DNA of 32,000 nucleotides. It comes from Raphidiopsis brookii D9 (GTDB lineage Bacteria; Cyanobacteriota; Cyanobacteriia; Cyanobacteriales; Nostocaceae). Below the pieces are notes generated by a model. It ran no database searches. It worked only from the letters and a program-made list of their open reading frames with translations, and was not told where the DNA came from. Positions 26,953-32,000 of this stretch are shown piece by piece. The position numbers and the translations under genes are program-made. The stretch lies in the NCBI GenBank assembly GCA_000175855.1, contig ACYB01000004.1:60001-92000 (forward strand), written 5' to 3'. Every line of letters begins with the position of its first letter. Position 1 is the stretch's first letter.

Positions 26953-27168
26953 TTACCCTTCAGCATTTATAAACGGTAAGAAGGCCAGAATGCGGGCTCG
27001 TTTAATTGCCAAGGTCAATTGCCTTTGTTGCTGCGATGTCAACCCAGTAATCCTTCTTGGTAGGATCTTACCACGTTCTGTCATGAATTTACGCAGTAAA
27101 TCAACATCTTTATAATCTATGGGTTCTCCTGGTTTAATAGGTGACAGACGACGACGATAATAGCTCAT
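26953..27168 (-). CDS. rpsR: 30S ribosomal protein S18 (bS18)
   Basis: [66 protein letters not shown] is an unmistakable bS18 sequence. Confidence 0.97.
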   Translation of the reverse strand: MSYYRRRLSPIKPGEPIDYKDVDLLRKFMTERGKILPRRITGLTSQQQRQLTLAIKRARILAFLPFINAEG

Positions 27169-27171
27169 TTT

Positions 27172-27366
27172 TTACTTAATTTCCTTGTGAACAGTATGCT
27201 TATTACAATGGGGGCAGAACTTTTTCAGCTCTAACCGACTGGTCGTATTCCGACGATTCTTGGTGCTAGTATAGCGAGAAACGCCTGGAGAACGCTTATC
27301 TGGATTTGTTCGACACTCGGTGCATTCTAGGGTCACTATTATGCGGGCACCTTTGCTCTTAGCCAT
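27172..27366 (-). CDS. rpmG: 50S ribosomal protein L33 (bL33), Zn-ribbon type
   Basis: [64 protein letters not shown], with the CxxC...CxxC pattern. Its stop lies 3 nt upstream of the rpsR start. Confidence 0.97.
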   Translation of the reverse strand: MAKSKGARIIVTLECTECRTNPDKRSPGVSRYTSTKNRRNTTSRLELKKFCPHCNKHTVHKEIK

Positions 27367-27626
27367 AATTTTACAAACAGTAAAGCCGGGAAGAATTTAA
27401 CACAAATAACTATCTTCTCACATATAGCCGCATTTTTTCAACTACTTGCTCAACTTTTTCCACAAATAGCCACAATGCTTAACTAATGTCTTTTCACATA
27501 TTAATTCCTTGCACCGGGTTTGTGGGAAATTTTTAAGGATTCACTCAACTTTGGAAAAAATATATGTTAGAGTCGGGAAATTGCACCAAGACCAAAAAAA
27601 TTATTGATTATTATTTATCTTAACCT

Positions 27627-29087
27627 ATGCCATCCATTCGCCAATTACACCAACAGCTAGTCAATAAAGAACGTTCCGCTATTGAAATTGCCCAATATTA
27701 CTTAGAACAAATTCACCTTTTAGAACCAAAACTACACAGTTTCTTGAAAATTACTGCGGAACACGCCTTAATACAAGCTGGTGATATAGATAAGAAGATC
27801 GCTACAGGGGAGGAAATCAGTATTTTGGCGGGCATACCCATTGGTGTGAAAGATAACCTATGTACCAAAGGGATTGTCACCACCTGCGGGTCAAAAATTC
27901 TGGAAGGGTTTATCCCCCCTTATGAGTCAACGGTAACTCAAAAGTTAAATCAGATGGGAGCAGTAACAGTAGGAAAGACTAATTTGGATGAGTTTGCCAT
28001 GGGGAGTTCTACGGAAAATTCCGCCTATCAAACCACTGCTAACCCTTGGGATATATCCACAGTTCCCGGTGGTTCCTCTGGAGGTTCAGCAGCAGCAGTA
28101 GCAGCAGCAGAATGTGTGGTATCCCTAGGTTCGGATACGGGAGGATCAATCCGTCAACCAGCTTCTTTTTGTGGGGTGGTAGGGATGAAACCTACTTATG
28201 GACTAGTTTCTCGCTACGGATTGGTTGCTTATGCTTCTTCTTTGGACCAAATAGGTCCTTTTGGTAGAACCGTAGAGGATGCAGCAATTTTATTAAATGC
28301 GATCGCCGGTTATGATCCTCAAGACTCCACCAGTTTAAAAGTGGCAATTCCTGATTACACCGCCAATTTAACCCCAGACTTAAAAGAGAAAAAACTCAAA
28401 GTCGGGGTAATTAAGGAAACCTGTGGTCAAGGTCTAGATGAAGAGGTTTCCTCAGCAGTCAACCAGGCGATCGCCCAATTAAAAGATTTAGGGGTGGAAA
28501 TCCAGGAAATCTCCTGTCCTCGTTTCCGCTATGGGGTTCCCAGTTACTATATCATCGCTCCGTCGGAAGCATCAGCCAACCTTGCTCGTTATGATGGTGT
28601 GAAATATGGGATTCGCGCCCAGGATCCGGATAATTTGTTATCTATGTATAACCGTACCCGTGCCATGGGATTTGGAGCGGAAGTGAAACGACGAATTATG
28701 ATTGGCACTTATGCTTTAAGTGCAGGTTACTATGATGCTTATTACTTAAAAGCCCAAAAGGTTCGTACCTTGATTAAGGAAGATTTTGAACAGGCATTTA
28801 CCAAAGTTGACGTTCTACTAACCCCCACAGCACCAACTACAGCATTTAAAGCCGGGGAAAAAATAACTGACCCTTTAAGTATGTATCTCAATGACCTAAT
28901 GACTATCCCTGTTAATCTAGCTGGATTGCCTGCAATTAGCGTCCCCTGTGGTTTTGACAGTAAGGGTTTACCCATTGGAATGCAATTAATTGGGAAGGTG
29001 CTAAGGGAAGACCAACTTTTTCAGCTGGCCTACGCCTATGAGCAGTCAAATAACTGGCATTCACAAATCCCTAAGATGTCGGAATAA
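27627..29087 (+). CDS. gatA: Glutamyl-tRNA(Gln) amidotransferase subunit A
   Basis: Amidase signature [14 protein letters not shown]...[13 protein letters not shown]...[12 protein letters not shown], with the length and N-terminus typical of GatA. Confidence 0.95.
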   Translation: MPSIRQLHQQLVNKERSAIEIAQYYLEQIHLLEPKLHSFLKITAEHALIQAGDIDKKIATGEEISILAGIPIGVKDNLCTKGIVTTCGSKILEGFIPPYESTVTQKLNQMGAVTVGKTNLDEFAMGSSTENSAYQTTANPWDISTVPGGSSGGSAAAVAAAECVVSLGSDTGGSIRQPASFCGVVGMKPTYGLVSRYGLVAYASSLDQIGPFGRTVEDAAILLNAIAGYDPQDSTSLKVAIPDYTANLTPDLKEKKLKVGVIKETCGQGLDEEVSSAVNQAIAQLKDLGVEIQEISCPRFRYGVPSYYIIAPSEASANLARYDGVKYGIRAQDPDNLLSMYNRTRAMGFGAEVKRRIMIGTYALSAGYYDAYYLKAQKVRTLIKEDFEQAFTKVDVLLTPTAPTTAFKAGEKITDPLSMYLNDLMTIPVNLAGLPAISVPCGFDSKGLPIGMQLIGKVLREDQLFQLAYAYEQSNNWHSQIPKMSE

Positions 29088-29225
29088 TTACATCTAAATC
29101 CCCCCAAGGGTGTTAATTGCACCAATGATAAATTTATGGATAAAAATCCTGATGTAACAATAAATCTCAGAATAGGCAAAATAGATAAAATTACTGTTCT
29201 CATCAAAAATTAAGAGCATCAAATC

Positions 29226-29726
29226 ATGACTACCGCATCTGCTTACTCCCTGAATGTTCCTGGACATCCTACTGGGCAAATCAGTAAAGAAGAATTGCGA
29301 TCGCTGCTTAAAGAAGTAGAATCTCAGCTGTATCATAGCCATGCTTACCGTGCGGTTGTGGATAAGGCACAGAAGCTATTTGATATATCTCATGAACAGC
29401 TGACCAATTTCAATAAGTTAATACAAGCCATTAGTAGAGAAGCGATCGCCCTAACTTTTGAGCGATTCGTCACCAAACAATCTGCTACCAGCACAGATAG
29501 TAGTAAAAATGATTCTGCTGATAGTACTAATAGTAATGAGATAAAAGAACTCAGCAATCAAACGGTTGAGGTATGTGAACAAGTTTTGGAAAATAGGTCC
29601 CAGCCAAATGATCCGGAGCCAACAGCAAAAAAACAGCAAAAATCAGATAGGGTGAAAGGTGAAAACGAACCAGATCCAACGAAAAAAACTCAAAAGCTGG
29701 CCATGGAAAAATCAAAAACCTTCTAA
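29226..29726 (+). CDS. Hypothetical protein, 166 aa (possibly the N-terminal part of a frameshifted longer gene)
   Basis: Structured-looking N-terminal ~85 aa, then a Ser/Asp/Asn/Lys-rich tail. Its last 68 nt overlap the next ORF in the +1 frame. Confidence 0.5.
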   Translation: MTTASAYSLNVPGHPTGQISKEELRSLLKEVESQLYHSHAYRAVVDKAQKLFDISHEQLTNFNKLIQAISREAIALTFERFVTKQSATSTDSSKNDSADSTNSNEIKELSNQTVEVCEQVLENRSQPNDPEPTAKKQQKSDRVKGENEPDPTKKTQKLAMEKSKTF

Positions 29727-30312
29727 AAGTCGACTAGCTGCAAAAAAGGCGGAGGAAGAGAGATTAGAATCCTTACGTCAAATAGGTGAACAACTGAAAA
29801 AAGCCAGGGAATCTCAAGGATTAACCCTACACAAACTAACTATGTATACTTATATATCACCAAATCAAATGGCAGCAGTAGAAAATGGGGATATGGAAAA
29901 ATTACCCGAAGATGTGTTGCTTCGTGGCTTTATTAGAATTATGGGCAATGCTTTAGGACTAAATGGAGCTGATTTGGCTAATTCTTTACCGGTTAGGAAT
30001 GAGTGCAAATCCATTTTGCCGTCTTGGTATAAAAATCAAAGGCCTTCTCGATCATTGAGTATAGAACTTAGTCCCACTCACTTATATTTGGGGTACACAG
30101 CTCTTGTAGCTGGTGCTGTAAGTGGGTTATCCATGATGTACGAACAGGCAAATAATCAAGGTATCAAAAACTTCCAGTCAACAACTCCATGTTTGTCATC
30201 ACTATGTGGGTCAGATGAAAAAGCGACAAATGTTAATGATCAAAGTACTATGCAGCATGGTAGAGTAGGGAACTCTTTCGGTCCTCAAATTTCCCCGCCT
30301 GAGGCGCTATAA
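29659..30312 (+). CDS. RodZ-like HTH (XRE-type) protein with one TM segment, 217 aa as listed
   Basis: HTH region LRQIGEQLKKARESQGLTLHKLTMYTYISPNQMAAVENGDMEKLPEDVLLRGFIRIMGNALGL, then TM LYLGYTALVAGAVSGLSMMY. No ATG precedes the HTH, so the start is either the GTG at 29659 or read-through from the upstream ORF. Confidence 0.65.
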   Translation: MKTNQIQRKKLKSWPWKNQKPSKSRLAAKKAEEERLESLRQIGEQLKKARESQGLTLHKLTMYTYISPNQMAAVENGDMEKLPEDVLLRGFIRIMGNALGLNGADLANSLPVRNECKSILPSWYKNQRPSRSLSIELSPTHLYLGYTALVAGAVSGLSMMYEQANNQGIKNFQSTTPCLSSLCGSDEKATNVNDQSTMQHGRVGNSFGPQISPPEAL

Positions 30313-30343
30313 AAACTACCAAGAACATTTGAAAGCCATATTC

Positions 30344-31021
30344 ATGAACAGTGATACCCAACTAAGTCTATTTAACCAATCAGTCCTTGAGCAAAAAGGA
30401 CTGATTTATACTGATGCTAAAATTCCCATTCCCATGGGAACCTATATAAATATCAACGAGCTAACACTCCACTGTGAAAATTGCCATCGGTGTGGACTGG
30501 GTAAAACTCGCACTCATGCAGTGGTAGGAAGGGGAAACCCCCAAGCGAAAATCATGATTATTGGTGAAGCACCAGGACAACACGAAGATGAAACTGGGTT
30601 ACCATTTGTAGGTAAATCTGGACAATTGTTAGATAAAATTCTAGCATCCGTGAATTTGACCACAGAGCAGGATGTGTATATATGCAACATTGTCAAATGT
30701 CGTCCACCGGAAAACCGAGTTCCCACTTCAGAAGAAAGTAACGCTTGTAGACCCTACCTATTAGAACAAATCCGTCTGGTTGATCCAAAAATCATTTTAC
30801 TAACAGGTGCCACTGCTGTAAAAGGAGTTACAGGTAACAAGCTGCCAATTACGAAAATTCGCGGGCAGTGGTTAGAATGGGAGGGACGCTTATGTATGCC
30901 CATTTTTCACCCCTCCTATCTCTTACGTAACTCTGCCAAAGGGCAAGGATCCCCCAAGTGGTTAATGTGGCAGGATATACAAGAAATTAGAAACAGATAT
31001 GATCAAATATCAAGCAGTTAA
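30344..31021 (+). CDS. Uracil-DNA glycosylase, family 4 (Fe-S type)
   Basis: CENCHRCGL Cys cluster, the family-4 motif IMIIGEAPGQHEDETGLPFVGKSGQLL, CNIVKCRPPENR and HPSYLLRN. ATG at 30344; the ORF track uses the TTG at 30329. Confidence 0.88.
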   Translation: MNSDTQLSLFNQSVLEQKGLIYTDAKIPIPMGTYININELTLHCENCHRCGLGKTRTHAVVGRGNPQAKIMIIGEAPGQHEDETGLPFVGKSGQLLDKILASVNLTTEQDVYICNIVKCRPPENRVPTSEESNACRPYLLEQIRLVDPKIILLTGATAVKGVTGNKLPITKIRGQWLEWEGRLCMPIFHPSYLLRNSAKGQGSPKWLMWQDIQEIRNRYDQISSS

Positions 31022-31029
31022 CTGTAAGG

Positions 31030-32000
31030 TCAAGATAACACAGTCCCTACCAGCTGGGCCAAACGTTTGGCAGCGCCACTTTCACCCCTAGTTGTTAGCA
31101 ATTGGTGTTTCATTTGAGCCAATTTGAGGGGATTTTCTAATAGGTTTAAAACCATTTCTCCCACTGCGTGAGGTGCCAATTTACCAACCAATTCTGGGAC
31201 AATTTCTCGCCCCGCCCAAATATTAGGCCAGGCCAGTAAACCTTTATTTCTGAGGAACCACCAATTAATCAATTTTGCCAAACTGGAACCCACAACAGGT
31301 AAATTTGCCAGAATTCCTGGTAGACCATCCCAAGAGCGCATGGCATCCAATTGTTGGGTAGGTAATAACACAATCATTGGTACACCCAAAGCTCCCAGTT
31401 CAGCAGTGTTTGCTCCCACCGTAGTCAGACAAATGGCACAGGAAGATAACAAATGATAAGCGGGGTTTTCCTGAGTCAATTCTACCATCAAACCCCCAGA
31501 AGTTTCTAGGTAGTTATCCTTTAAGTATGCACCTTGAAAACCAAAGGATTGGGCAAACTTGTTTTTTTGAGGATTGGCAAAACTGGCCAAAGTCAGTAAA
31601 TTTAGAGTGGGTGCTACAGGTATAAAAAACTTGGTATGAGGTCTTTTAGCATAAATATATTCGGCTATAGCTAATTCTAGGGGCACACCCTGAATCAACT
31701 TAGCAGGTTTGGATCCAGGTAAAAGTCCAACTAACTCCCTTCCAGATTCTAAACTAGGAGATTGTGAAGTTACATAATCCTTATTAGCAGCTTCTAACAT
31801 CAAGTCACCCACAACATGAAACTTATGGATGTGCTTAGGTGAAACATTTTTCATCCCCTGAGGGTTCATAACGGCAAAACAGTCAATTAAATTATGCCAT
31901 CTGGCTTCCCACTCCGCATAAACTAGGGTTTTGTATCCCAACTTTCTGCCAATAATCACAGGGAAAACCTGATCTCCCCCCAAAAATATCACCACACCTT
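31030..32000 (-). CDS. Lipid-A-disaccharide synthase (LpxB)-related glycosyltransferase, C-terminal ~323 aa (5' end outside the window)
   Basis: The frame stays open to the window edge, and the GTG at 31995 is probably internal. GT-B-like features and the pattern GGDQVFPVIIGRKLGYKTLVYAEWEARW...TVGANTAELGALGVPMIVLLP recall cyanobacterial LpxB-related proteins. The assignment is by resemblance only. Confidence 0.55.
   Translation of the reverse strand, partial: GVVIFLGGDQVFPVIIGRKLGYKTLVYAEWEARWHNLIDCFAVMNPQGMKNVSPKHIHKFHVVGDLMLEAANKDYVTSQSPSLESGRELVGLLPGSKPAKLIQGVPLELAIAEYIYAKRPHTKFFIPVAPTLNLLTLASFANPQKNKFAQSFGFQGAYLKDNYLETSGGLMVELTQENPAYHLLSSCAICLTTVGANTAELGALGVPMIVLLPTQQLDAMRSWDGLPGILANLPVVGSSLAKLINWWFLRNKGLLAWPNIWAGREIVPELVGKLAPHAVGEMVLNLLENPLKLAQMKHQLLTTRGESGAAKRLAQLVGTVLS

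Noticed and set aside
19355-31021. Other small overlapping ORFs (19355-19537, 19765-19968, 20828-21031, 23223-23423, 25087-25299, 28046-28267, 28742-28975, 29094-29342, 29451-29639, 30514-30726)
   Set aside because: All are nested in, or antisense to, confidently assigned genes (DevB/DevC-family, the small 105-aa hypothetical ORF, rnb, gatA, the 29226 ORF, UDG), and none has features of its own.
1-32000. Compositional island (horizontal transfer) for the synthase/exporter block
   Set aside because: My 60-nt spot counts gave 30-47% GC inside the synthase operon, ~33% in the DevB-family gene, ~40% in tkt and 48-55% in radC, rnb and gatA. The values overlap and track domain conservation. Nothing can be concluded without a proper sliding-window GC and codon-usage calculation, and no integrase, tRNA or direct-repeat boundaries are present.
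1-32000. tRNA/rRNA genes, CRISPR arrays, IS elements and transposases
   Set aside because: I found no T-arm-like GGTTCGAAT motifs, no regularly spaced direct repeats other than the ACP duplication, and no transposase- or integrase-like ORF in any frame of the ORF track.

Overview
This looks like a chromosomal segment from an AT-rich, probably heterocyst-forming (Nostocales-like) cyanobacterium. That placement is inference only, since no database search was possible. It rests on ten copies of the HIP1 octamer GCGATCGC, a DevBCA-family exporter and an HglE/PfaA-like synthase.

Layout, left to right:
- 3' part of tkt, followed by a clean terminator.
- One ORF built from three tandem PTPS/QueD-like modules.
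- An L,D-transpeptidase.
- A ~15 kb six-gene minus-strand operon (17945 down to 2846). It encodes a PfaA/HglE-like megasynthase (KS-AT-ACP-ACP-KR-DH), a Cys-less KS/AT didomain protein, a PfaD-type enoyl reductase, a stand-alone HHxxxDG condensation-type acyltransferase, a discrete ACP, and a 625-aa protein with a TubC-type N-terminal docking domain fused to ~560 aa I cannot assign.
- A 748-bp AT-rich divergent intergenic region carrying seven ATGCAA motifs.
- A 107-aa possible HTH ORF.
- DevB/DevC/DevA-family exporter genes.
- A nagB-like gene, a small hypothetical ORF and a radC split by a homopolymer frameshift.
- An RNase II/R-family gene, rpsR-rpmG and gatA.
- Two overlapping ORFs (an unknown N-terminal part plus a RodZ-like HTH/TM protein) that may be one frameshifted gene.
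- A family-4 uracil-DNA glycosylase and the 3' part of an LpxB-related gene.

I saw no tRNA, rRNA, CRISPR array or transposase.

The best candidate for something undescribed is the lipid-synthase operon. Its back end is non-canonical (C domain + ACP + docking-domain orphan), and it sits next to a DevBCA-type exporter across a motif-rich control region.
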